IMG/VR virus record: IMGVR_UViG_3300042197_003344
Coordinates: 13,299-77,298 of that record
Strand: one strand, 5' to 3'
Origin: a virus
DNA: 64,000 nt
Every line of letters begins with the position of its first letter. The stretch's first letter is position 1. Under the pieces are notes generated by a model. It saw nothing but the letters and a program-made list of their open reading frames with translations, made no database searches and was not told the origin of the DNA. Shown here one piece after another: positions 10,446-19,363 of the stretch. The translations under genes were made by a program, and so were the position numbers.

Positions 10446-11267
10446 ATGGCAAAATTAGTAATACCTCATATTGAATGGCATTTGGCACATTCTTGTAATT
10501 TTACCTGCGAATCTTGCGCCCATTTTTCTAATCACGGTCATTCGGGAATAGTATCTAAAAAAACTTTAATCGAATGGTATTCGCATTGGAATCAACGGTT
10601 GCTCCCAAAAGAGATAGATCTCTTAGGCGGAGAACCTCTATTGAATAAAGAAGTATTAGACATTGTGTTAACTACTAGACAGATGTGGCCCGATAGTCAA
10701 ATTCGATTAATAACTAATGGTATACTATTGTCAAAATTTCCAGACCTTCCAAAAATATTGAAAGAAACCAACACAGTGCTGATCATATCGATGCACAGTG
10801 ATCACGAAGATTATCTACATAAAATGTCTAAAGTTTTTGATATTGTCAATGTCTGGATCAGAGAATTTGATATCGACGTAAAGACATTCGATTCGTATAC
10901 TAACTGGTCAAAATTGTATACAGGATACGGAAATAATATCGAACCGTATACTGATAATGATCCCGAACAAAGTTGGAACAACTGTATTACAGGACAAGAT
11001 TGTTTTCAATTATATGAAGGTAACATTTATAAATGTTCTCCTTTAGCGTATTTAAAATTGCAAAAACAAAAATATAAATTATCTAGCAAGTGGGATCCAT
11101 ATTTAAATTATGAACCGTTAAGACCTACAGCTTCAGACAATGAAGTAGAAGAATTTTTCAATAAAAAAGCTGAACGGTATTGCGGAATGTGTCCTAGTCG
11201 TCCAACAAGCTTTTTAAAAAATAATCCGCTGATATCTAGAAAATTTTATAGGATAAAGCAACAATGA
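10446..11267 (+). CDS. Radical SAM protein
   Basis: CNFTCESC, LLGGEPLL, TNG, YKC..CGMCP. Confidence 0.9.
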   Translation: MAKLVIPHIEWHLAHSCNFTCESCAHFSNHGHSGIVSKKTLIEWYSHWNQRLLPKEIDLLGGEPLLNKEVLDIVLTTRQMWPDSQIRLITNGILLSKFPDLPKILKETNTVLIISMHSDHEDYLHKMSKVFDIVNVWIREFDIDVKTFDSYTNWSKLYTGYGNNIEPYTDNDPEQSWNNCITGQDCFQLYEGNIYKCSPLAYLKLQKQKYKLSSKWDPYLNYEPLRPTASDNEVEEFFNKKAERYCGMCPSRPTSFLKNNPLISRKFYRIKQQ

Positions 11268-12124
11268 TAGATTTGCCTTATAAAAATGCAGGCCCGATTA
11301 AAGATCCCGAAGTGCTTGATTTTCTAAAACAATGTCTATCAGAAGGATTTAATTCTCTGTACGATAATCAAATACACGATAATTTTCTATCTAACTATGT
11401 GACTTGGATAAAATCAACAAAGAATAATCAAATAATAGGTATTGACTCTTTTACTAAACTTTGTTTTTCTAACGGAACGTCGGAATCTTTTGACAAGTTT
11501 TACATAAAAAATAAAAATAGAAGATTTAGATGTTTTAAAGCAGAATATATCTATCATAGATTAGCCTGGAGAAATTGTTGGCCGGACTGGCAATACATAG
11601 AGGATTCATCGCTATCAGAAAATGATGCTGTTGTAATAAGTCTTCCTTTTTCGGATACAGGTAATGAACATCGTGATATGAAAATTGTTTTAGATCAATG
11701 CGATAGATTAGGAATACCTGTTTTAATTGACTGTGCTTATTTTGGAGCCTGTAGTAATGTGATTTTTGATTTTGATCACCCCTGTATTACTGATATAGTT
11801 TTTAGCTTATCAAAAACTTTTCCAGTCGCTCATCTTAGAATAGGAATGAGAATGACAAGAACAGATGATGATGATACCTTATTTGTGCATAATAAGATAG
11901 GGTATGTTTCGAGACTGTCGTCTTTTATTGGTAATCAATTAGTCACAAGATTTGATTCTGACTATATCTATAACAAATATCAAATCAAGCAGATTGATCT
12001 TTGTAACAATCTTTCTATAACACCTAGTAAATGTGTTTTGTTTGGTATTGGAGATAACTCTTGGATTCAATATAATAGGGGAGGAATAACAAATAGATTA
12101 TGTTTAAATTCATATCTCATTTGA
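11264..12124 (+). CDS. PLP-dependent enzyme (fold type I, aminotransferase-like)
   Basis: IDCAY, SLSK (PLP lysine), LRIG. Confidence 0.8.
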   Translation: MIDLPYKNAGPIKDPEVLDFLKQCLSEGFNSLYDNQIHDNFLSNYVTWIKSTKNNQIIGIDSFTKLCFSNGTSESFDKFYIKNKNRRFRCFKAEYIYHRLAWRNCWPDWQYIEDSSLSENDAVVISLPFSDTGNEHRDMKIVLDQCDRLGIPVLIDCAYFGACSNVIFDFDHPCITDIVFSLSKTFPVAHLRIGMRMTRTDDDDTLFVHNKIGYVSRLSSFIGNQLVTRFDSDYIYNKYQIKQIDLCNNLSITPSKCVLFGIGDNSWIQYNRGGITNRLCLNSYLI

Positions 12125-12136
12125 GATTTTTATATT

Positions 12137-13309
12137 ATGAAAAAAGGTAAAATTATAAATTTTGAATTACTATGGGATACACAAGATGATCCATGGCCGA
12201 TTAACCTTAAATTAATATCAGAGGACATGAGAAAAGCCGCTGAGGAAGGATATAATTTAATTGTCGGAATTATGTTAGTTGAAGGAATACGACCAATAGA
12301 CGAACCCGGTTTTCTTACATTCATGAATTCTTTAGAATCTTTGGGAAAAAAGATAGGAATCGAAGAAATAATATTGGTTACAGGGTCTTCTGAAAAATTT
12401 AAAAATATCAATGTTCCTTACAAGTTGTATCACGTAAATTGTAATTTAATTATTGCTTACAATAGCTATAAAAACTTGTTATCAGATCTTCCGTTCTATA
12501 ATTCGATTAATAAACAATTTTTATTTCTTACAGGCATAGCTACTCGTCCAAACAGAGTAGGATTATTAAGCAAATTTTATGATAATAAATTGTTAGAAAA
12601 TTCAGTTTGGTCATTCTTTTATCCTGCTACAGATGGTGACAGACAGTGGTGTAGAAATTATCTTTCTCATTATGATGATTCGGAATATGAAAAATTTATT
12701 ACAGATTGTCAGAGGTCGGTTGATGATAGATATACTGAATACAATAAATTTCAAAGAGATGATTTTCAAAATCAAACTGATATAAATTGGATAGACATAC
12801 GGCACACAGAATTTTGTAAAAATGAAACTTTTATCGATCCTGAAATATTTAGAGATACAGCTTTTAGCATAATAAGCGAAAGCACAAATTATTGGAATGA
12901 AAATTTTGATTTTGTCACAGAAAAAACTTGGAGAACAATAATTCATAGACATCCTTTTATATTCGCAGGTCATCCAGATCAATTTATGTATTTGAAAAAT
13001 TTAGGACTTAAAACTTTCGAAGACTATATGAAAATAAAGGATTATTGTTACATCAAAGATGAAAATACAAGATTAGATGCTATTGTAGAAAATACCAAAG
13101 ATTTTTTAATTAACCATAAAAAATATTCGGAAAACATACAGAAAGATGTTCAACATAACTTTTCTTTATTTTTAAGTCTAGCAAATGAAGAATTAAAAAA
13201 TCTCAAAACACTAATGTCAAGTTACGGTGTTGATGTGCAAGATGTTGAACATTATTTTGATTGCACAGGATTTGATCATTTAATAAGGATTCCGAATGAG
13301 CAAAGGTAA
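12137..13309 (+). CDS. Glycosyltransferase-like protein (TEKT motif), paralog 1
   Basis: FSIISES...FVTEKTWR...HPF...GLKTF. Confidence 0.55.
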   Translation: MKKGKIINFELLWDTQDDPWPINLKLISEDMRKAAEEGYNLIVGIMLVEGIRPIDEPGFLTFMNSLESLGKKIGIEEIILVTGSSEKFKNINVPYKLYHVNCNLIIAYNSYKNLLSDLPFYNSINKQFLFLTGIATRPNRVGLLSKFYDNKLLENSVWSFFYPATDGDRQWCRNYLSHYDDSEYEKFITDCQRSVDDRYTEYNKFQRDDFQNQTDINWIDIRHTEFCKNETFIDPEIFRDTAFSIISESTNYWNENFDFVTEKTWRTIIHRHPFIFAGHPDQFMYLKNLGLKTFEDYMKIKDYCYIKDENTRLDAIVENTKDFLINHKKYSENIQKDVQHNFSLFLSLANEELKNLKTLMSSYGVDVQDVEHYFDCTGFDHLIRIPNEQR

Positions 13310-14477
13310 AGTAATTAATCTTGAATGGTTACGAGACTGCAATTACTATGAAGAAAAAGAATTTAAAAATTTAAAATTGCAGTTGATAGAAAAAGAAATT
13401 CAACAGGCATGTGGAAATGGTTGTAATATAATTGTTGGAATTTACCTTATGGATGGTTTTTTGCCTTATAGCAAAGAACAGTTTTCCTTAGAAATGACAG
13501 AAATAAAAAATATTGCAGAAAAATATGATATAAAAAAAATATTAATTGTTTCGGGACATGGAGAAACGATAGGAGATATTGGATTACCTTATTGTTATTT
13601 TGATTATACTCTTAGAATGACTTACAACGGTTATAGGAATATCTTGGACAGTATACCAAAATATAAAAAAGAAAAAAATAAAAAATTTTTATTGTTAGGA
13701 GGAAATTCTGCCAGACCTAATAGAATTGGGTTGTATAGTAAATTTTACGAAGAAAGAATGTTTGATAGATGTGTATGGACATTTTTTCCTCCTGATACAA
13801 TTAATGATAAAAAATATTGTAGAAATTATCTTTCTCATTGGAATGATAATCAATACCAAGAATTTTTAAAATTTTGTCAAAGGTCTTTAGACGACACGTA
13901 TGTCAAAGCGTCTTGTTATTTAGGTGATTATGCCAATCAATCAGAAAATAAAATTTTTTATGATTTAGCCAATGAAGAGTGGACTAGAAATATAGTCTAT
14001 TTAGATCCGAACGTGTTTGCTGAAACAAGTTTTAGTGTGATTACAGAAGGTCCAAATTATTGGAGAGATAATCATAATTTTGTCACAGAAAAAACATGGA
14101 GAACAATACTTCATCAACACCCTTTTATTCTAGTAGGTCATCCGGAACAACTCATATATCTAGAAAAATTAGGATTTAAAACTTTTTTAAATTATATGAA
14201 AATTTCCGACTATGCCAATATATATTCAGACGCCGAAAAATTTCAAGCAGTTGTAGAAAATACAAAACATTTTCTAGAAATTCAGGATAAGTTTTCTGAT
14301 CAAATAGAACAAGATGTTATGCACAATTATGATCTTCTTTTAGAAAAAATTAAAGATCAAGAAATATTTTTTGATTTTTTAAAAACTGAATATTATATTT
14401 CAAAAGAAGATATAGATTATTATTTTGATCGAACAGGCTACGATCAACTCATAAGGAATCCTGCTAATGGAATCTAA
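13296..14477 (+). CDS. Glycosyltransferase-like protein (TEKT motif), paralog 2
   Basis: FSVITEG...FVTEKTWR...HPF...GFKTF; collinear with upstream paralog. Confidence 0.55.
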   Translation: MSKGKVINLEWLRDCNYYEEKEFKNLKLQLIEKEIQQACGNGCNIIVGIYLMDGFLPYSKEQFSLEMTEIKNIAEKYDIKKILIVSGHGETIGDIGLPYCYFDYTLRMTYNGYRNILDSIPKYKKEKNKKFLLLGGNSARPNRIGLYSKFYEERMFDRCVWTFFPPDTINDKKYCRNYLSHWNDNQYQEFLKFCQRSLDDTYVKASCYLGDYANQSENKIFYDLANEEWTRNIVYLDPNVFAETSFSVITEGPNYWRDNHNFVTEKTWRTILHQHPFILVGHPEQLIYLEKLGFKTFLNYMKISDYANIYSDAEKFQAVVENTKHFLEIQDKFSDQIEQDVMHNYDLLLEKIKDQEIFFDFLKTEYYISKEDIDYYFDRTGYDQLIRNPANGI

Positions 14478-15393
14478 ATGTGCAGCATTTTGGCATCACA
14501 CTAATATTCGAAGCGACGATAGGATTTTTCCTTGTTGTAGATTTAAAAGTCCTATTGCTAAATTTGATGGAAATGTTTCACAGGTGCTATTCTTAAAAGA
14601 ATACAACGAGCTAAGAAAACAAAGTGTCGATAATATACCTATCAAAGGTTGCGAAAAGTGTTATTACGAAGAAGCTATAGGGAAGAAAAGTCTTAGACAA
14701 GAATTTAATGAAACTTATGATTGTGAAACGATTTCGATAGAATATTTAGAAATTGGTTTTGATAACATCTGCAATTTAACTTGTGATGGCTGCTATGAGG
14801 AATTTAGTTCTTCTTGGAGTAAATTAAAATATCCCAATGCAGAAAAATCAGTACATATTAAATCCACTAAAGAAATTATTGAAATTCCTAATTCTTTAAA
14901 AAAAGTTTTATTTTTAGGTGGTGAGCCTTTAATGACTAATCGACATCAAAAATTTTTAAATGTTGTTAAAGATAAGTCTAATGTAGAAATCGTATACAAT
15001 ACTAATGGTACTTTTTTATTAGATAAAGATACAATAATACTTCTTGAACAATTTAAAAAAGTTTCATTCATCGTCAGTTTAGATGGTTTCAAAGATCTAA
15101 ATGAGCAGGTTCGTAGAGGAAGTAAATGGAATCAAATAGATGAGTTTATTAAACAAATTAAAACAACAAAATTTGATCTTTCCGTAAATACAGTTTTACA
15201 CATTAATAATTGGTTTGGTTTAAAAGAATTAGAAAAATACATAAAAGAAATAAATGTTCTTTGGAGTGTTAATTTTGTAACATATCCTAAACATTTAGAT
15301 ATTATAAATGTAAAAGAAAAACAAATTCTTATCGATCTATTGAAATCGATAAAAACTGTAAATCTTGAATATATTATAAAACATGTTAGTTAA
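14467..15393 (+). CDS. Radical SAM protein with N-terminal SPASM/twitch domain
   Basis: PCC, CEKC, CNLTCDGC, GGEP, TNGT. Confidence 0.9.
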   Translation: MESKCAAFWHHTNIRSDDRIFPCCRFKSPIAKFDGNVSQVLFLKEYNELRKQSVDNIPIKGCEKCYYEEAIGKKSLRQEFNETYDCETISIEYLEIGFDNICNLTCDGCYEEFSSSWSKLKYPNAEKSVHIKSTKEIIEIPNSLKKVLFLGGEPLMTNRHQKFLNVVKDKSNVEIVYNTNGTFLLDKDTIILLEQFKKVSFIVSLDGFKDLNEQVRRGSKWNQIDEFIKQIKTTKFDLSVNTVLHINNWFGLKELEKYIKEINVLWSVNFVTYPKHLDIINVKEKQILIDLLKSIKTVNLEYIIKHVS

Positions 15394-15420
15394 AATAGAA
15401 CAATATAAGGATTTTATAAA

Positions 15421-16014
15421 ATGAACACGACAGTATCTCAAGATTATTATGTCGCACCTTGGATGATTACGGAATGTGTAAAAATTTTTAGAGACGAGAT
15501 GAAAAATTTTCAAAATATTAAAGAGCATTTAATAAATGTTTTAGATTTTGACGATTCTCCCGATCTTACAGAAGTTCATCCGAAAGATAGAACCAATGTT
15601 TCGATATATGTTATTTTTTTATACGATCACATGTATGCTGCCACAGAGGAAATACAGAAAAAATTTTCTAAAACTAGAAATTATGTTCAAACTATGCCCG
15701 GAGTTAACACTTTAAAGTGTATAGCTATAGGTCCCAATTCTATAGTTCCTTTACATCTAGATGATATGAATCGAGAACCTTATGATTTAAACAATTGGTA
15801 TAGTGTGTTTACCGGAGTAATAGTTCCTAGCGAAGATGCAAATTTAATTGGTATCAAAATAGATAATGATATATACAGTCATGCTGAAGAAAAATCTATT
15901 ATTTTTGATACACAGATTCCTCATTGTGCTTGGAATAATACAGATCAATGGTGGATTAGCTTAAGATTTAGTACAAGTAAAGAAAATTTTCAAAATGTTA
16001 ATATCATCAAATAA
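15421..16014 (+). CDS. Asp/Asn beta-hydroxylase-like dioxygenase
   Basis: LHLD...FDTQIPHCAWN. Confidence 0.75.
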   Translation: MNTTVSQDYYVAPWMITECVKIFRDEMKNFQNIKEHLINVLDFDDSPDLTEVHPKDRTNVSIYVIFLYDHMYAATEEIQKKFSKTRNYVQTMPGVNTLKCIAIGPNSIVPLHLDDMNREPYDLNNWYSVFTGVIVPSEDANLIGIKIDNDIYSHAEEKSIIFDTQIPHCAWNNTDQWWISLRFSTSKENFQNVNIIK

Positions 16015-17056
16015 TCATTGGGATCAGTTAGAGGAGATTGTTGTTGGAGTAGCCACTAACGCCCGGGTGCCTACTGTAGATTCGAGTACCATGAATATGT
16101 GCTATAGTAATTATTCTATAGATCAAATAAAAAAACTAGAGGGTCGATATCCTCAATGGTTGATAGACGAAGCAAATGAAGATATGCAAGTGTTAGCAGA
16201 TACTCTGTCTTCTATAGGAATAAAAGTTCATCGACCGAGAATAATCGATCATAGCAAAGAATTTAGTACTCCAGAATGGAAAACAACAGGATGGTATACT
16301 TGGTGCCCAAGAGATTTGTTGTTACCTCTCGATAATTTGATGATAGAAACACCGAGTCCTTGCAGAGCAAGATATTTCGAAACTCGTGCCTATCACGACA
16401 TCATGTTAGAAGCAGTGAATGATGGAGTAGAATGGATATCTGCTCCGAAACCTATATTGACAGATGATAATTATCAATTTGTAGACATAAAAGAAAAACC
16501 AAGTCTTCGAAATTTAGAACCGATCTTCGATGCTCCCAATTGTGTAAGATTGGGTAAAGACATTCTTTTTCAAATTAGCAATACCGGAAATCATCTTGGT
16601 ATGAAATGGTTAAAGAACGTATTAGAAAAAAGAGGATACAGAGTTCACGCAGCAGAACATATATACAGTTTCGCTCATATGGACAGTACCATAATTCCTT
16701 TAAGGCCTGGATTAGTACTGTTAAATAGTACTAGAGTTACTCCAGAAAACTGTCCTAAATTATTTGATAAATGGGATAAAATTTATTTTCAAGATGTGGC
16801 TCAAACTCCGGTTCCGACAAGTGGTCCAGGATCGGTAAGTCCTTGTAGTCCTTATATAGGAATGAATATACTAAGCATAAATCCTAATACTGTGGTAGTA
16901 GGAAAAGATCAACTATCTCTAATTAAAGTCCTAGAATCAAAAGGATTTACAGTAATTCCGATGCCAATGAGACACGCTCGTACACTTAGTGGAGGGTTTC
17001 ATTGTGCTACGTTAGATCTTAGAAGAACAGGTCCTTTAGAGGATTATTTTCAATGA
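15995..17056 (+). CDS. Amidinotransferase (glycine/inosamine-phosphate amidinotransferase family)
   Basis: WDQLEEIVVG, CPRD, FDAPN, HMDST, GGFHC catalytic motifs. Confidence 0.9.
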   Translation: MLISSNNHWDQLEEIVVGVATNARVPTVDSSTMNMCYSNYSIDQIKKLEGRYPQWLIDEANEDMQVLADTLSSIGIKVHRPRIIDHSKEFSTPEWKTTGWYTWCPRDLLLPLDNLMIETPSPCRARYFETRAYHDIMLEAVNDGVEWISAPKPILTDDNYQFVDIKEKPSLRNLEPIFDAPNCVRLGKDILFQISNTGNHLGMKWLKNVLEKRGYRVHAAEHIYSFAHMDSTIIPLRPGLVLLNSTRVTPENCPKLFDKWDKIYFQDVAQTPVPTSGPGSVSPCSPYIGMNILSINPNTVVVGKDQLSLIKVLESKGFTVIPMPMRHARTLSGGFHCATLDLRRTGPLEDYFQ

Positions 17057-17535
17057 AGGGATATCACGGACAAATAGAAGATTTTTGGTCTGACTATTTG
17101 CAAAGCTATGTTTACCAACAACAGATACCTTATTCGGGAATGAGAGAATCATGGCACGAAAATTTCAATAACGGTCATCTTTTACAAAGCTTTGATGATC
17201 AGTTACCTCCAATATGGAAAAAATTTCAATCTTCTTTAAACGTATATAACGGCACTGTGGGTTGGATTAACATTCGACCTAATCAAATCATTGCACCTCA
17301 TTTTGATCATTTTTATACACTGAAACAAAAACTAGGGACTACAGTCGAAAAATGTATAAGATATTTAATATTTTTAGAAGATTGGAAATTTGGCCAATAC
17401 GTAGAGTTTGAAAATCTTTCTATTAGAAAATGGAAAAAGGGAGATGTTTGGTACTTTGATCATACCGAAGAGCATTGGGCTGTTAATGCAAGTAATTTTG
17501 ATTTTCATACTTGTCAGGTTAATACAATAAGATGA
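17053..17535 (+). CDS. Fe(II)/2OG dioxygenase-like protein
   Basis: PHFD...HWAVNAS...CQV. Confidence 0.7.
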   Translation: MKGYHGQIEDFWSDYLQSYVYQQQIPYSGMRESWHENFNNGHLLQSFDDQLPPIWKKFQSSLNVYNGTVGWINIRPNQIIAPHFDHFYTLKQKLGTTVEKCIRYLIFLEDWKFGQYVEFENLSIRKWKKGDVWYFDHTEEHWAVNASNFDFHTCQVNTIR

Positions 17536-19340
17536 AATCTATATATTTTTTTCAGTGTAACTATTCTGCTAAATTCGGCGAAAGAACACAGTATTGGTTA
17601 CCATATTCGGTTGGTTGTCTTTGGGCTTATGCTCAGCAGTTCGATGATATAAAATTAAATTGGGAAGTAAAAGGAAAAATTTATAGGAGAGATCCTATTG
17701 ATACCGTATTAAAAAAAATAGAAGACCCTACCGTATGTGTTTTTAGTTGCTACTGTTGGAATGAACAATATAATTTAACGGCTGCAAAAAAAATTAAGGA
17801 ATTATGGCCTGAGACACATATAGTATTTGGAGGACCTCAATCAGGAAGTAATCATTTAAAATATGATTTTATTGATTCTATTGTTTTCGGAGAAGGTGAA
17901 GAAAGTTTTTTAGAAATTCTTAGAACTATAGATGCAGGCAACAAACTTCAAGAGTTATATACGAAAAAAAGATTAGAGAATTTAGAAATTCCTAGTCCCT
18001 ACCTTATTGGTTTTTTTGACGATATCATTGCCGAATCTCCAGAAGATTTTTTTCAAGGAGTACTAGAAACTAATAGAGGATGTCCGTATTCTTGTACTTT
18101 TTGCGATTGGGGTAGTACTACCTACGGCAAGGTAAAAAGATTTAATTTAGAACGGGTAAAAGATGAAATAGAATGGGTAACAAAGAATCCTATTACTACT
18201 CTGTTTATTACAGATGCAAATTTTGGGGCGTTCAAAGAAAGAGATTTAGAAATAGCTACTATATTAGAGAAATATAGTAAAAATTCATGTTTAGAATATG
18301 TAAATGTTACCTATGCAAAAAATAGTAATGAACACATATTTAAAGTTGCTAAGGCCCTGGGTCCTTTGGGTCGAGGAGTTACTCTTAGTGTACAGAGCAT
18401 GAATCCAAAGACTCTTGAGGTTATAAAAAGAGATAATATGGCCAGTAACGATCTGAAAAATATGTATGCGTTGAGTCATCAATATGGAGTTACAACATAC
18501 ACTGAAGTAATACTAGGGTTACCTGAAGAAACACTAGAAAGTTTTATAGATGGTATATCCGAATTATTAGAGCTAGGTCAGCATACTCAATGTGAAATGT
18601 ATCTTGCAAATGTAATGGAGAATACTGAATTAAATCAGGTTCAAAAATTTAAGTACGGTATAAAAACAATTAGATGCGAAAATTATCAACCATTCTCTTT
18701 TAATGATTTAAGCAATATTCCGGAATATACAGATTTAGTATGTGAAACTAACACGATGAGTAAAAATGATCTAACCGATGCTTATATGTTTCATTGGACC
18801 GTACAAAATTTTCATTATCTAGGTTGGAGTCAAATAATTTCTAAATATTGTAGAAATGTGTTAGATATACCTTATAAAAAATTCTACAGCAAACTTTTAA
18901 ATTCGTTGAAACAAGATCAAGGAATCTTAGGAAATGAGTATAGAGAAGTAGAAAAAAATATTAGATATTTATTTGATACAGGGACCTTAATGGTTGATAT
19001 TCCTGTTCATCATTATAACGGAAAAAGTCATTCATTGATCTATGATAATTTAGAAACAGTTTTAATTTTTATAATTGAGTTTTCTAAATCTCTCGGTTAT
19101 ATAGATCCTACAATAATCGAAATTCAAAAAAGATTTGTTATGAATCCTAAATATTTGCCTCTTGACTATATCGAATCAAATTATAATTTAGAAAATTGGC
19201 AAGAAAAGAAAACAGCTTACAAGATAGAATGCCAGTTCAAAGATTTTGTACCTACTTATACAAATATTTGGGTTTTAAGAAGATCGGGAAAATTAAAAAA
19301 TAAAATTATAGAACTCAATGCGGAAGTATTTATAAAATAA
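17532..19340 (+). CDS. Cobalamin-binding radical SAM protein (class B methyltransferase-like)
   Basis: B12-domain motifs SCYCWN, GGPQ, GEGE; RGCPYSCTFC. Confidence 0.9.
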   Translation: MKSIYFFQCNYSAKFGERTQYWLPYSVGCLWAYAQQFDDIKLNWEVKGKIYRRDPIDTVLKKIEDPTVCVFSCYCWNEQYNLTAAKKIKELWPETHIVFGGPQSGSNHLKYDFIDSIVFGEGEESFLEILRTIDAGNKLQELYTKKRLENLEIPSPYLIGFFDDIIAESPEDFFQGVLETNRGCPYSCTFCDWGSTTYGKVKRFNLERVKDEIEWVTKNPITTLFITDANFGAFKERDLEIATILEKYSKNSCLEYVNVTYAKNSNEHIFKVAKALGPLGRGVTLSVQSMNPKTLEVIKRDNMASNDLKNMYALSHQYGVTTYTEVILGLPEETLESFIDGISELLELGQHTQCEMYLANVMENTELNQVQKFKYGIKTIRCENYQPFSFNDLSNIPEYTDLVCETNTMSKNDLTDAYMFHWTVQNFHYLGWSQIISKYCRNVLDIPYKKFYSKLLNSLKQDQGILGNEYREVEKNIRYLFDTGTLMVDIPVHHYNGKSHSLIYDNLETVLIFIIEFSKSLGYIDPTIIEIQKRFVMNPKYLPLDYIESNYNLENWQEKKTAYKIECQFKDFVPTYTNIWVLRRSGKLKNKIIELNAEVFIK

Positions 19341-19363
19341 AAGCCCTTAACGGGCTTTTATTT
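19335..19363. terminator. Bidirectional intrinsic terminator between convergent genes
   Basis: aaataaaagccc-ttaac-gggcttttattt. Confidence 0.8.
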
